Assembly (NCBI GenBank): GCA_963705165.1
Contig: CAVPJD010000016.1
Coordinates: 1 to 64,000 of the forward strand
Source: an uncultured delta proteobacterium
Lineage (GTDB): Bacteria; Desulfobacterota; Syntrophia; Syntrophales; UBA2192
Reading direction: 5' to 3'
Length of the DNA stretch: 64,000 bases
Below, one piece after another: positions 1 through 9,820 of this stretch (its first letter is position 1; each line of letters starts with the position of its first letter). The translations under genes and the position numbers were made by a program. The notes under the pieces were generated by a model that saw only the letters and a list, made by a program, of their open reading frames with translations, was not told the origin of the DNA and did not search any database.

Positions 1-238
1 CGGCGATACGAGGCACGGGGAATTTTCTTGCCTGCACCTGGTTTTTCGTGATAAAAAGTATGAACTTTCCGTGTGTCAGACTCTGAGACAGACAATTCCC
101 TGAACCCCTAACAAGAGGTAAAACCCGCTCTGCGCCTGGTGTAACAAGGGGGGAGCCGCTCCTGCGTGGTTCTTTTCATTGAAAGCGATTGGAAATCGGT
201 TGGAAATCGGTTGCCGTGAACGAAAAGGGGGACACGTG

Positions 239-514
239 ATGACAAAGCAGGACATGATCAATGTGATGGCAAAAGATGCCAGGATTTCGAAAGCCGCAGC
301 CGGAAGGGCTCTCGAGGCTTATCTCCAGGCTGTCGGCGAGGAGCTCAAGAGAAACGGGAAGCTGAGCCTGGTCGGGTTCGGGACCTTCATCTGCGCACAG
401 CGCAAGGCGAGAACCGGTCGGAACCCGAAGACGGGCAGCGCCATCCACATCCCTTCGAAAAAGGTCGTGCGATTCAGGGCCGGCAAGGGGTTGAGCGACG
501 TCGTGAACATCTGA
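239..514 (+). CDS. hup: HU family DNA-binding protein
   Basis: MTKQDMI...GFGTF...RKARTGRNPKTG..I.IP motif; AAGGGGG RBS before ATG 239 (ORF track starts too early at 179). Confidence 0.93.
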   Translation: MTKQDMINVMAKDARISKAAAGRALEAYLQAVGEELKRNGKLSLVGFGTFICAQRKARTGRNPKTGSAIHIPSKKVVRFRAGKGLSDVVNI

Positions 515-538
515 TGGAAGGCCATCATCCGTCCACTG

Positions 539-575
539 AAGACCTCCGCCTGCGGGAACCCGGAGGTCTTTTTTT
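539..575 (+). terminator. Intrinsic terminator after hup
   Basis: AAGACCTCCG...CGGAGGTCTT stem followed by T run. Confidence 0.85.
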
Positions 576-611
576 AAACATACGTCGACAGGACGCGCAG
601 GGCATGACCCG

Positions 612-1421
612 ATGACGAACATCACTGAAAGAATCAGACAAGCGCTGAGCCCGACTCTGCAGGGTGTCCTCCGGGAAGCCGGGAATCTGGCCGACGAGAT
701 GGGATTGAGCGCCTACGTCGTGGGTGGCATGGTCCGGGATCTCCTGCTGGGGCTTCAAACGCTCGACGTGGACATCGTCGTCGAAGGGCAGGGGATTCAT
801 TTTGCCGGGAACCTGGCCGATCGCCTGCACGCAAAGGTGAAGTGCTACGAACGATTCGGGACGGCCACACTTACTCTTCCCGATCAGCTCCGGGTGGACA
901 TCGCCACGGCACGCACCGAAGTCTACGAGAAGCCTGCGGCACTGCCCCGCGTGTCTCCCGGTTCGATCCGGGATGACATGGTCCGGCGTGACTTTACGAT
1001 CAACGCGCTGGCCGCCTCGCTGATGCCCGCGGAGTTTGGCCGCGTTCTCGATGATTTCGGCGGGCTCCGCGACCTTCGGGAGAGGCACATCCGGGCCCTG
1101 CATGAGCGAAGCTTCATCGACGACCCGACGAGGATCTTCCGGGCTGTACGGTTCGAAAAAAGGCTCGGCTTCCGGATTGTCCGCTCTACGGAGCAATGGA
1201 TCGCCGAGGCCCTGTCGAAGTCCCTCCTCGAGGAGCTGGAGGATTACCGGATTGCCACGGAACTGCGGCTGATCCTCGAGGAACCCGATCCGGCCGGGCC
1301 GTTGAGGCGGTTGTCGGAGCTCGGAATCATCGATCGGCTGATGAGGAAGCCGGCTCGCGGGAAAATTCTGGCGAAGCAGATGAAAAAGGCGGAGCAGATT
1401 CTCCAACGCGAAGGGCCATGA
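612..1421 (+). CDS. tRNA nucleotidyltransferase/poly(A) polymerase family protein, short stand-alone form (A-adding-like)
   Basis: VVGGMVRD, DVD, RRDFTINAL and DDPTRIFRAVRF class II nucleotidyltransferase motifs. Confidence 0.88.
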   Translation: MTNITERIRQALSPTLQGVLREAGNLADEMGLSAYVVGGMVRDLLLGLQTLDVDIVVEGQGIHFAGNLADRLHAKVKCYERFGTATLTLPDQLRVDIATARTEVYEKPAALPRVSPGSIRDDMVRRDFTINALAASLMPAEFGRVLDDFGGLRDLRERHIRALHERSFIDDPTRIFRAVRFEKRLGFRIVRSTEQWIAEALSKSLLEELEDYRIATELRLILEEPDPAGPLRRLSELGIIDRLMRKPARGKILAKQMKKAEQILQREGP

Positions 1422-1464
1422 GGAAAATTGCCGTGTTTTATCTTTAACTTGGCCAGTCCTGCCG

Positions 1465-1493
1465 TTGACATGGTCAGGCAATTCTGTTATACG
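1465..1493 (+). promoter_or_regulatory. Sigma70-type promoter for trpS operon
   Basis: TTGACA-17 nt-TATACG with TG extended -10. Confidence 0.65.
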
Positions 1494-1574
1494 AGCGGGA
1501 CGCTTGGGTCCGGCCCGGGCGATTTCCGATACAAGGTTCGCCGGCGGTGCACGGCGGCATAGAATAGAGGAGAC

Positions 1575-2567
1575 ATGGGAGCGAAGCGAAGGATATTGAG
1601 CGGGATGCGGCCGACGGGAAAACTGCATCTGGGAAACTACCTCGGGGCCCTGAAGAACTGGGTGGATCTGCAGAACGACGGCGGCTACGAGTGCTTCTAC
1701 TTCATCGCCGACTGGCACGCCCTCACCTCAGACTACAACCGCACCGAGGAGATCCGCGAAAACCGGATCGACATCGTCATCGACTGGCTGGCCGCCGGCC
1801 TCGACCCGAGGCAGAGCACTCTCTTCGTCCAGTCCTCCGTCATGGAGCATGCGGAGCTCTTCGTGCTGCTGTGCATGATCACCCCGCTTCCCTGGCTCGA
1901 GCGCAACCCCACCTATAAGGAGATGAAGCAGGAACTCATAGACCGGGATCTCTCCACCTTTGGGTTTCTCGGTTACCCCGTTCTCCAGGCGGCGGACATC
2001 ATCATGTACAAGGCCTATGGCGTGCCCGTGGGCGTCGACCAGCTGCCCCACGTGGAGCTCACACGGGAGATCGCAAGGCGCTTCAACTTCCTCTACCGGG
2101 AGATCTTCCCCATCCCGGAGCCGCTCCTGACGGAGGTGCCGAAACTTCTGGGGATCGACGGACGCAAGATGAGCAAGTCCTACGACAACGCCATCTTTCT
2201 TAGCGACCGGGGCGAGGAGCTCCGCAAGAAGATCGAGTCCATGTTCACCGACCCGCAGCGGCAGAAAAAAAGCGACCCCGGGCGGCCGGAGATCTGCAAC
2301 GTCTTCAGCTTCCATAACCTCTACTCCCCCGCGGCCGAGGTCGACGAGATCGAAAAAGACTGCCGAAAGGCCGCCATCGGCTGCGTACAGTGCAAGAAGC
2401 GGCTGGCCCTGCGCATTGCGGAAGGGCTCAAGCCGATCCACGAGAAGCAGGACTACTACCGGGCTCACATGCAGGAAGTGCACGACATCATCGCCGACGG
2501 CAACGAGAGGGCCCGGAAAGTGGCCCGGGCGACGATGGCCGAAGTGCGGGAGGCCGTCCGGATCTGA
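1575..2567 (+). CDS. trpS: Tryptophan--tRNA ligase
   Basis: SGMRPTGKLHLGNY (HIGH-like), YPVLQAADI, KMSKS. Confidence 0.97.
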   Translation: MGAKRRILSGMRPTGKLHLGNYLGALKNWVDLQNDGGYECFYFIADWHALTSDYNRTEEIRENRIDIVIDWLAAGLDPRQSTLFVQSSVMEHAELFVLLCMITPLPWLERNPTYKEMKQELIDRDLSTFGFLGYPVLQAADIIMYKAYGVPVGVDQLPHVELTREIARRFNFLYREIFPIPEPLLTEVPKLLGIDGRKMSKSYDNAIFLSDRGEELRKKIESMFTDPQRQKKSDPGRPEICNVFSFHNLYSPAAEVDEIEKDCRKAAIGCVQCKKRLALRIAEGLKPIHEKQDYYRAHMQEVHDIIADGNERARKVARATMAEVREAVRI

Positions 2568-2572
2568 TCGCC

Positions 2573-3304
2573 ATGAGCTACGAGGTCAAACTCGACATTT
2601 TTGAGGGGCCGCTCGATCTTCTCCTTTACCTGATCCGGAAGAACGAGCTCGACATCTACAACATCCCCATGGCCCTCATCACGGAGCAGTACCTGGCCCA
2701 TCTCGAGATGATGAAGGCCCTCAATCTCGATCTGGCCGGGGAATACCTCGTTCTGGCGGCAACACTTGTCCACATCAAGTCGAGAATGCTCCTGCCCGTC
2801 GAGGAAGGGGAGAAGGAAGGCGAGGACGAGACAGACCCCCGCGCGGAGCTGGTGAGGCAGCTGCTCGAGTACCAGGCCTTCAAGGAGGTGGCCCTCAGCC
2901 TGGAGAGGCGCAATCTCCTGGATCGGGACGTCTTCAAGCGCATTCAGGCCGTCGAGGAAACGACTGACGAGCAGGAAGACCCCATGGTCGAAGTGACCCT
3001 TTTCGAGCTGATCGAGGCCTTCAAACAGGTCGCCGAGCGGATGGACAAGGAGGACCTGCTGGAGATCGACACGGAGCGGATTTCGCTCTCCGACCGGATA
3101 AACGAAATCCTGGAGGACCTCTTGCGGGAGAAGAGCCTGTCCTTCACGGACCTGCTGAAGACGAGCCGAACCCGAAAAGGCATTATTTACACGCTCCTGG
3201 CCATCCTCGAGCTCATGAAGATGCGGGTCGTCAGGGCTTTCCAGGCCGATCCGTTCGGGCCGATCCGAATTTTCCCGGCAGTGGAGGAATCAACCGATGG
3301 ATGA
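2573..3304 (+). CDS. scpA: Segregation and condensation protein A
   Basis: FEGPLDLLLYLI, GEYLVLAATLVHIKSRMLLP, LAILEL; start at MSYEVKL. Confidence 0.95.
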   Translation: MSYEVKLDIFEGPLDLLLYLIRKNELDIYNIPMALITEQYLAHLEMMKALNLDLAGEYLVLAATLVHIKSRMLLPVEEGEKEGEDETDPRAELVRQLLEYQAFKEVALSLERRNLLDRDVFKRIQAVEETTDEQEDPMVEVTLFELIEAFKQVAERMDKEDLLEIDTERISLSDRINEILEDLLREKSLSFTDLLKTSRTRKGIIYTLLAILELMKMRVVRAFQADPFGPIRIFPAVEESTDG

Positions 3305-3818
3305 TGTGAGAGCCATTGTCGAGGCGCTGATCTTCGCGTCGGAGACACCCCTCTCGGTGGAACGTCTGAAAGACCTGTTGGGGGAGATGGATCGCAAGGC
3401 GATCCTGGAGATCCTGCAGGACATCGAGCTGGAGTACCGTCAGCGAAGCGGCGGCCTGTGCCTCATGGAGGTTGCCGGGGGCTACCAGTTCAGGACGAAG
3501 ACGGAATATGCCCCCTGGATCAAGAAGCTCAGGGGCATCCGGCCCATTCCCCTTTCCCCCGCAGCCATGGAGACCCTGTCCGTGGCTGCCTATCGGCAGC
3601 CCGTGACGAGGCAGGAGATCGAGAAGATCCGCGGAGTCGACGTGAGCGGATCGCTCAAGGGACTTCTGGAAAAGAAACTCATCCGGATCGTGGGACGAAA
3701 GAACGTTCCGGGCAAACCCATCATGTACGGCACGACGAAACGATTTCTCGAGGTCTTCGACCTGAAAGATCTTTCCGAGCTCCCCACACTGCGGGAAATC
3801 ACGGAGATGGAGGAATAG
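3297..3818 (+). CDS. scpB: Segregation and condensation protein B
   Basis: VEALIFAS, LSPAAMETL..AYRQPVTR.EIE.IRGV, YGTT..FL..F.L..LSELP. Confidence 0.95.
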   Translation: MDDVRAIVEALIFASETPLSVERLKDLLGEMDRKAILEILQDIELEYRQRSGGLCLMEVAGGYQFRTKTEYAPWIKKLRGIRPIPLSPAAMETLSVAAYRQPVTRQEIEKIRGVDVSGSLKGLLEKKLIRIVGRKNVPGKPIMYGTTKRFLEVFDLKDLSELPTLREITEMEE

Positions 3819-3823
3819 CCCTC

Positions 3824-4552
3824 ATGGAGGAGCGGATCCAGAAAATCATCGCCGCCGCGGGTATCTGCTCGAGGAGGGCTGCCGAGGAGCTCATCCTTGC
3901 CGGGAAGGTCCAGATCAACGACCGCGTCATCCGGCAGCTGGGGACCAAGGCAGACGCCGATCGGGATGAAATCCGCGTGGACGGCAAGCTGATCACCACC
4001 GAGGTCGAGCGCCTCTATCTCGTCCTGAACAAGCCGGCGGGGTATGTGACGACCATGAAGGACCCCGAGGGCAGGCCCGTCGTCTCGGATCTCCTCTACG
4101 CCATCGGCGAGCGGGTCTATCCCGTAGGAAGGCTCGACTATGACTCCGAGGGCCTGTTGATCATGACCAATGACGGCTCATTTGCCGAACGCGTCCAGCA
4201 CCCCCGGTACGAGATCCCGCGCACCTATCTCGTCAAGGTCAGGGGGCGGCTCGCCCGGAAAGAAATCCAGGCCATGATCAAGGGGATCAAACTGGAGGAC
4301 GGGCCCTTCTCGGTAAAAGAAGTGCACGAGGAGAAATCCAACGAGAAGAGCCAGTGGCTCCGGGTCACCATCGTCGAGGGCCGCAACCGCATCATCCGGC
4401 GGGCCATGGTGGCCCTGGGGCATCCCGTTGCAAGGCTGATCCGGGTTGGTCTGGGAAATCTGGAGCTGGGCAACCTCAAACCGGGAGAATACCGCCACCT
4501 TCGAAAGAGGGAAATCGAAGATCTTCTCGGTCCAAAACCGAAAAAAGGTTAA
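3824..4552 (+). CDS. rluB: 23S rRNA pseudouridine synthase, RluB/RsuA family
   Basis: S4 domain ERIQKIIAAAGICSRRAAE; VGRLDYDSEGLL; EGRNR; follows scpAB. Confidence 0.9.
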   Translation: MEERIQKIIAAAGICSRRAAEELILAGKVQINDRVIRQLGTKADADRDEIRVDGKLITTEVERLYLVLNKPAGYVTTMKDPEGRPVVSDLLYAIGERVYPVGRLDYDSEGLLIMTNDGSFAERVQHPRYEIPRTYLVKVRGRLARKEIQAMIKGIKLEDGPFSVKEVHEEKSNEKSQWLRVTIVEGRNRIIRRAMVALGHPVARLIRVGLGNLELGNLKPGEYRHLRKREIEDLLGPKPKKG

Positions 4553-4560
4553 AAATGTTC

Positions 4561-4590
4561 TTGACATTCCATCATGACCGAAACTAATAT
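4561..4590 (+). promoter_or_regulatory. Putative sigma70 promoter for ihfB
   Basis: TTGACA-18 nt-TAATAT. Confidence 0.5.
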
Positions 4591-4674
4591 CCAATGAAAA
4601 CGCGCAATTAATCCCTTTTTAGTTTTGCATCGACAAGCCCTTGCGGCTTATTTCGCTTTGATACGGGGGGGACA

Positions 4675-4971
4675 ATGAACAAGTCGGGATTGATCGAGGA
4701 GCTGGCAAGGCGGGAGAACCTGACGGAGAAGAAGGCCACCGACGTGGTCAATCTCATATTTAAGGGATTTACGGAAGAGCTGAAGATAAGCGGCCGGATC
4801 GAGATCCGCGGATTCGGAAGCTTCGTGGTCCGGGACTACGAGTCCTACACGGGCCGAAACCCCAAGACGGGCATGAACATCACCGTCTCGCCGAAGCGGC
4901 TTCCCTTCTTCAAGGTCGGCAAAGAGCTTCGCGACAAGGTGAACCTGGACGACGACGACAGCGAAGAGTAA
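4675..4971 (+). CDS. ihfB: Integration host factor beta/HU family protein
   Basis: MNKSGLIE...RIEIRGFGSF...GRNPKTG...KRLPFFKVGKELR. Confidence 0.88.
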   Translation: MNKSGLIEELARRENLTEKKATDVVNLIFKGFTEELKISGRIEIRGFGSFVVRDYESYTGRNPKTGMNITVSPKRLPFFKVGKELRDKVNLDDDDSEE

Positions 4972-5048
4972 ATTCTATTTCTTGAGCCTTAACGGGCCAA
5001 CGTGATAGGAAACGGGGGATCATATAGAGATATGATCCCTTTTTAATT

Positions 5049-5933
5049 ATGGGACTTAAATCTACATTTCGCAGAATCCTGTCCAGTCGCGGTTTCAACC
5101 ACCCCCTGGTCCCGGCCGGGCTTTTCGCCGTCACCGTGCTGACCACCCTCGTGGCGGGCGCCCTGCAGGCCGGGGTGAACCCCTTCGAAGACCCCTGGCA
5201 AATCTGGAAAGGCATCCCCTTTTCCTTCACGCTGCTTCTCATCCTGGGTTGTCACGAGCTGGGCCACTGGCTGGCATCCAGAAGGCACGGGGTGGATGTG
5301 AGCTTTCCCTATTTTATCCCGGGGCCAACCCTCGTGGGGACCTTCGGGGCCTTCATCGCCATGAAGTCGCCTATCTCGGACCGCAACGCACTCATCGACA
5401 TCGGGGCGGCGGGGCCGCTGGCAGGTCTTGCCGTGACCATTCCCGTCCTGTTCGCGGGGCTTGCACTCTCCCAGGTCGTCCCGGCGGTACAGACTGAAGG
5501 GGTCGGCATCCACCTCGGCGAGTGCGCCCTGTTTTCGGCCATCAACTGGATCGTCAACGGGACCATAGGCCCGGACCAGGACGTGATCCTCCACCCCGTG
5601 GCCTTTGCGGGCTGGATCGGCCTTCTGGTCACCTCTCTCAATCTCATCCCCGTGGGGCAGCTCGACGGAGGCCACATCATCTATGCGATTTTCGGAGCCC
5701 GACAGCGGGAGGTGGCCTGGATGGTGGTGGGGCTGCTGCTGGTCCTCGGGATCGTGGGGTGGGAGGGATGGCTCATCTGGGGCGGAATCCTGCTCATCCT
5801 GGGAGTGAGCCACCCGCCGGTGATCTACGAATGGGGCGCGCTCGACAACAGGCGCCTCGCAATCGGGTATCTGGCCATGTTCTGCTTTGCGCTGACATTC
5901 ATGCCCATCCCGTTTACGAGCATAAATCTATAA
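5049..5933 (+). CDS. Site-2 protease (M50) family membrane metalloprotease
   Basis: HELGH, IGAAGPLAG, NLIPVGQLDGGHI; multiple TM segments. Confidence 0.92.
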   Translation: MGLKSTFRRILSSRGFNHPLVPAGLFAVTVLTTLVAGALQAGVNPFEDPWQIWKGIPFSFTLLLILGCHELGHWLASRRHGVDVSFPYFIPGPTLVGTFGAFIAMKSPISDRNALIDIGAAGPLAGLAVTIPVLFAGLALSQVVPAVQTEGVGIHLGECALFSAINWIVNGTIGPDQDVILHPVAFAGWIGLLVTSLNLIPVGQLDGGHIIYAIFGARQREVAWMVVGLLLVLGIVGWEGWLIWGGILLILGVSHPPVIYEWGALDNRRLAIGYLAMFCFALTFMPIPFTSINL

Positions 5934-6035
5934 AGGGGTACAGGGTAAAGGGTACAGGGTACAGGGTCAGGAAAGGAAGGAATCCGTTTTTCTCCTCCCT
6001 GTACCCTGTACCCTGAACCCTATACCCTGAACCCT
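5934..6035. repeat. Inverted pair of heptamer arrays (AGGGTAC)n ... (GTACCCT)n
   Basis: G-rich arm 5934-5967, C-rich arm 5997-6035 between convergent genes. Confidence 0.9.
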
Positions 6036-6039
6036 CTCT

Positions 6040-6723
6040 TCAGAGGATTCCCTCCTCCCGGAAGCTGAAGAAGCGATTCTCGCCGACGATGAGGTGATCG
6101 TGCAGCACGATGTCCATGACCCGTGCCGCATCTTGAAGAACCCGAGTCAGGCGGATATCGGCGTCCGAGGGGCGCACGTGTCCCGAGGGGTGATTGTGGA
6201 CGAGGATGATGGCCGATGCCTTGTGCTTGAGGGCTTTCTCGAGGACCTTGCGAGGGTAGACGACGGCCTGGTTCACGATCCCCTCCTGGATCGTCTCCAC
6301 CTGGATGATCCGGTTGCGGGCATTGAGGTAGATCACGGCGAAATGCTCGTCCTTCAAGCAGCCCATGGAGGCCAGGCAGTAATCGATCAGCTCCTTCGTC
6401 GAGGAGATCTGTTCCTTCACCTCTGCGCCCTGCCGAAGGTAAAGGGTGCGGACATCTCTGACGAGCTTGAACAACAGGGACGAGTGGTCTCCGATGCCCG
6501 AAACCTCCTTCATCTCCTTGAGATCGGCGTCCAGGACGCCTTTCAACGACCCGAATCGCTTCAGAAGTTCCTTGGCCCGGGCCTTCACGTCTCCCTGCGG
6601 AATGGCGTAGAAAAGCAGAAGCTCCAGGATCTCGTAATCCTGCAGTGCCTCCATTCCCGCCTTTTCATACCTCTCTTTCAGGCGCTTTCGATGCCCGATA
6701 TGGTGGGGTGCCTCTTTCTTCAT
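6040..6723 (-). CDS. radC: RadC/UPF0758 JAB-domain protein
   Basis: GHRKRLKERY, YEILELLL, VYPR, HNHPSG...PS.AD, DHLIVG. Confidence 0.95.
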   Translation of the reverse strand: MKKEAPHHIGHRKRLKERYEKAGMEALQDYEILELLLFYAIPQGDVKARAKELLKRFGSLKGVLDADLKEMKEVSGIGDHSSLLFKLVRDVRTLYLRQGAEVKEQISSTKELIDYCLASMGCLKDEHFAVIYLNARNRIIQVETIQEGIVNQAVVYPRKVLEKALKHKASAIILVHNHPSGHVRPSDADIRLTRVLQDAARVMDIVLHDHLIVGENRFFSFREEGIL

Positions 6724-6738
6724 TCGAAAGGACCTTTC

Positions 6739-7569
6739 TCAGGATTTTGCGGCATGAGACCGTTGACGGGCGAAGCGAAACGCGAAGGCGGTCAGGAAGA
6801 GAAGAAAATTCGTCATGACGATTGTTGCCCCCGTGGGGAGATTCAAGGCCAGAGAGATGAAAACCCCGCCCAAGACGGAAGTCAGGGCCGCACAGGCCGA
6901 GATCAGCATGGCGTCTTTGAAGCCCCTCGCAAACTGCAGGGCGGTGACTGCCGGCAGGATGAGCAGGGCCGAGATGAGCATGATGCCCACGACGTTCATG
7001 GACAGGACGACCGTGACGGCCGTCAGAAGAACCAGGATCGTGTTGAGCCTCTCCGTTCCGATGCCGGAGACGCGGGCAAACTCCTCGTCGAAGGTCATCG
7101 AAAAGATATCGTTGAAGAACAGGAGGATGACGGTCAGGACGACAACGGAAAGGGCAACGGAAATGACCATCTCGCCTTCACCGATGGCCAGGATGTTCCC
7201 GAAGAGGTAGCTGAAAAGATCCACGTTGAAACCGCCGGCCACGCTGGCAAGCAGTACGCCGCCGGCGATCCCGAAGGACGAGACAACGCCGATCGCTGCG
7301 TCGCCATAGATTCTCGCCCGTTGCGTGAGCTTGAGAATGCCCAGGGAGCACAGCATGACCAGGGGAATCGAGACGTAAAGAGGGTAGACGCGAAAGAACA
7401 ATCCCAGGGCCACGCTCCCGAAGGTGACGTGGGCGAGCCCGTCTCCGATGAGCGAGAAGCGGCGCAGTACGAGGATCACGCCCAGCGTGGAGCATAACAG
7501 GGCAATGAAGGAGCCGCAGATAAGCGCCCTCTGAATGAAGCCATACTGCAGATACTCTAGAAGTTCCAT
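6739..7569 (-). CDS. znuB: Zn/Mn ABC transporter permease
   Basis: LRRFSLIGDGLAHV, YLFGNIL, FDEEFARVSG, VGIMLISALLILP. Confidence 0.9.
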   Translation of the reverse strand: MELLEYLQYGFIQRALICGSFIALLCSTLGVILVLRRFSLIGDGLAHVTFGSVALGLFFRVYPLYVSIPLVMLCSLGILKLTQRARIYGDAAIGVVSSFGIAGGVLLASVAGGFNVDLFSYLFGNILAIGEGEMVISVALSVVVLTVILLFFNDIFSMTFDEEFARVSGIGTERLNTILVLLTAVTVVLSMNVVGIMLISALLILPAVTALQFARGFKDAMLISACAALTSVLGGVFISLALNLPTGATIVMTNFLLFLTAFAFRFARQRSHAAKS

Positions 7570-7572
7570 CCG

Positions 7573-7598
7573 CCCCTATACCCTGTACCCTGAACCCT
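7573..7598 (-). repeat. Heptamer array (AGGGTWY) between znuC and znuB
   Basis: Minus strand GGGTTCAGGGTACAGGGTATAGGG. Confidence 0.85.
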
Positions 7599-7619
7599 TT
7601 GTCCCCGGCGCCGTGCGCA

Positions 7620-8372
7620 TCAGTGCCGGTGGCAGATGATGTGCTGGGATTCGGCCCCGAAGAGACGGGTCATGCGGTCCGATTTGCAGAACTCGTCGAA
7701 TCCCCCGTAAAAAAGGAGCTTCCGGTCGATCCACAGGAGGTGGTCTGCGTATTTCCCGATGCTGCCGATATCGTGTGTGACCAGGATGATGGAGGTGTTC
7801 CTGGTTTCCTGCAGGCCTTTCAGGATGCCGAAAAATGAATCACGCGCCTCGGGGTCGAGAGCGGCCGTGGGTTCGTCGAGGATGAGCAGCGCCGGTTCGT
7901 TGACCAGGGCCCGGGCGATGAGAACACGCTGCTGCTGCCCCCCGGAAAGCTCTCCCACCCGGGTGTCGCCGATCGACGCGATGCCGAGCAGGTCGAGGAC
8001 CCCGTCGATGACCCGCTTGTCCGAGCGGGCAATGGTTCTGGGGAAACGTTTTCCGGACAGGAGGCCGAGGCCGACGATCTCGCGAACCGTCGACGGGAAA
8101 TACGGGTTGAGTCCGGAAAGGGACTGGGGCAGATACCCCACTTTTGCCCAGAGCCGAAAGTCGGAAATGTCCTGGCCGAACAGGCGGATCACCCCGCGCC
8201 CGCAAGTCGCAAGGCCGAGGATCAGCTTGACGAGCGTTGTCTTTCCCGAGCCGTTGGGTCCCACGAGGCCCACGAAACTGCCCGCCTCGACGCAGAAGGA
8301 TACGTCCTCGAGCACGGGGATCGAGTTGTAGGAGAAATGGAGATGATCGACTTCGATGATCTTCACGGGCAT
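7620..8372 (-). CDS. znuC: Zn/Mn ABC transporter ATP-binding protein
   Basis: GPNGSGKTT, LSGGQQQRV, ILDEPT, C-terminal HRH. Confidence 0.9.
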   Translation of the reverse strand: MPVKIIEVDHLHFSYNSIPVLEDVSFCVEAGSFVGLVGPNGSGKTTLVKLILGLATCGRGVIRLFGQDISDFRLWAKVGYLPQSLSGLNPYFPSTVREIVGLGLLSGKRFPRTIARSDKRVIDGVLDLLGIASIGDTRVGELSGGQQQRVLIARALVNEPALLILDEPTAALDPEARDSFFGILKGLQETRNTSIILVTHDIGSIGKYADHLLWIDRKLLFYGGFDEFCKSDRMTRLFGAESQHIICHRH

Positions 8373-9319
8373 TTCAATCCGGTTCTGAGGTTTTCGAGAT
8401 TCCGATCCATCAGCGTGATGAAGGTTTCCCCCCTGTCGAACTGTTCCTTTGCAAGGTTTCCCGCGGGGTGGAGCTTCAGCAGGGTGGCGCCCGTCTCCCT
8501 GGCGAGGGTTTCGGCGACCCGGGGGCTGATCAATTCTTCATGGAAAAGCGTGTCGAGGCGGTTTTCCCGGATCAGTTTCGTGAGTTTCGCGAGGGTCGCC
8601 GCTGTGGGTTCGGCATCGGGCGAGACGCCGTAGACCGACACGTAGCGGAACCCGTAGCGCTTCGCCATGTAATCGAAAGCGAAGTGCCCGGCGTTGACGA
8701 TGACTTTCTTCTCGCAGGCCTGCAGGCCCTTGCGGAACCTCTCGTCGAGCGCCTTCAATTGCCCGATGCAGGAGGCGGCGTTTTTCTCGTAGACGTCCTT
8801 TCCGGCTGGGTCTTTTTTCACGAGCCCGTCACGGATGTTTTCCACGATCTTCACGGCGCTGGCGAAGTCGAGCCAGATGTGAGGGTCCGCTGCGCCGGAG
8901 TGGTCGTGATGCCCGGGTTTGTGTTTGTCCGGGCGGTCTTCTTTCTCCCGGCCTTCCTCCGTGATGACTCCCCGACTCGCGTTGACGACTTCCAGATTCC
9001 TGTTCTGAAGGCCCTTCAGGATGTTTGCAGCCCAGGGCTCCATGTCGGGGCTCGTGTACAGAAAGACATCGGCTTTGTTGAGCCGCAGGATGTCAGCCGG
9101 CTTGGGTTCAAAGCCGTGAGGTTCGGCGCCCGGTGGAAGAAGGAGGGTCACTTCCGCCCGCTCGCCGGAAACGTTCTTCGCAAAGTCGTAGAGCGGAAAG
9201 AGAGTGGCGACCACAACGAGCCTCTTCGCCTCCGGCTTTTTCTCCTCTTGCCGGGCACAGGAAGAAAAAGCGAGGGCGACGACAAGGGAGAGGAAAAAAA
9301 GAAGTGCCCGTATTCTCAT
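8363..9319 (-). CDS. znuA: Zn ABC transporter substrate-binding lipoprotein
   Basis: Signal peptide ending FSSC, EPHGFEP, His/acidic loop, DPHIWLD; start MRIRAL at 9319. Confidence 0.9.
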   Translation of the reverse strand: MRIRALLFFLSLVVALAFSSCARQEEKKPEAKRLVVVATLFPLYDFAKNVSGERAEVTLLLPPGAEPHGFEPKPADILRLNKADVFLYTSPDMEPWAANILKGLQNRNLEVVNASRGVITEEGREKEDRPDKHKPGHHDHSGAADPHIWLDFASAVKIVENIRDGLVKKDPAGKDVYEKNAASCIGQLKALDERFRKGLQACEKKVIVNAGHFAFDYMAKRYGFRYVSVYGVSPDAEPTAATLAKLTKLIRENRLDTLFHEELISPRVAETLARETGATLLKLHPAGNLAKEQFDRGETFITLMDRNLENLRTGLKCP

Positions 9320-9344
9320 GCCGATCTCCTTATTGAGCGTTCGA

Positions 9345-9797
9345 TCATTCCTTCGCTCGACGATGACCGTCCTTGTGGCGATTACAGATTCCGCAAACCC
9401 CGGAGAGGTTGAGCGTGATCCCGTCGACGGTCTCATTGCCTCTCAGCAGATGTTCGAAGCGGCTCTCGCGGATGACCTGCTCGGGCAGGCAGGAGAGGCT
9501 CCGGCAGATGCGGCAGTAGAAATGGGGGTGGGTCGGATTGTGCCGGCATGCCATTTCATAGAAATTCACGCCGTGATCGGTCGCGATTTCCCGGATGATG
9601 CCCTCGGCCTTGAAGGAAGCCAGGATCCGGTAGACCGTGACCTTGTTGATCTGGCCCTCACCGCAGACCCGGTCGAGGATGTCCTTTACCCTCAACGGGG
9701 TCTGAGCATGAATGAGTACCGTCAGGACGGCCACGCGCTGGGATGTCTTCGAAAGGCCCGCATGCTCGAGCGTGGTATGGATGTCGCAGTGTTCCAT
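9345..9797 (-). CDS. zur: Fur-family regulator, probable Zur
   Basis: TVYRIL HTH, HPHFYCRIC, C-terminal CGIC; heads znuACB operon. Confidence 0.82.
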   Translation of the reverse strand: MEHCDIHTTLEHAGLSKTSQRVAVLTVLIHAQTPLRVKDILDRVCGEGQINKVTVYRILASFKAEGIIREIATDHGVNFYEMACRHNPTHPHFYCRICRSLSCLPEQVIRESRFEHLLRGNETVDGITLNLSGVCGICNRHKDGHRRAKE

Positions 9798-9820
9798 GGC
9801 TGAGAAAGACTGTACGATAA

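Noticed and set aside
1422..1574. T-box leader before trpS (also checked valS leader 43470-43626)
   Set aside because: Leader too short; no T-box consensus or terminator.
5934..6035. Heptamer arrays as CRISPR, or TCAGGAAAGGAAGG as SRP RNA
   Set aside because: No repeat-spacer structure or cas genes; SRP domain IV consensus and stem are not matched.
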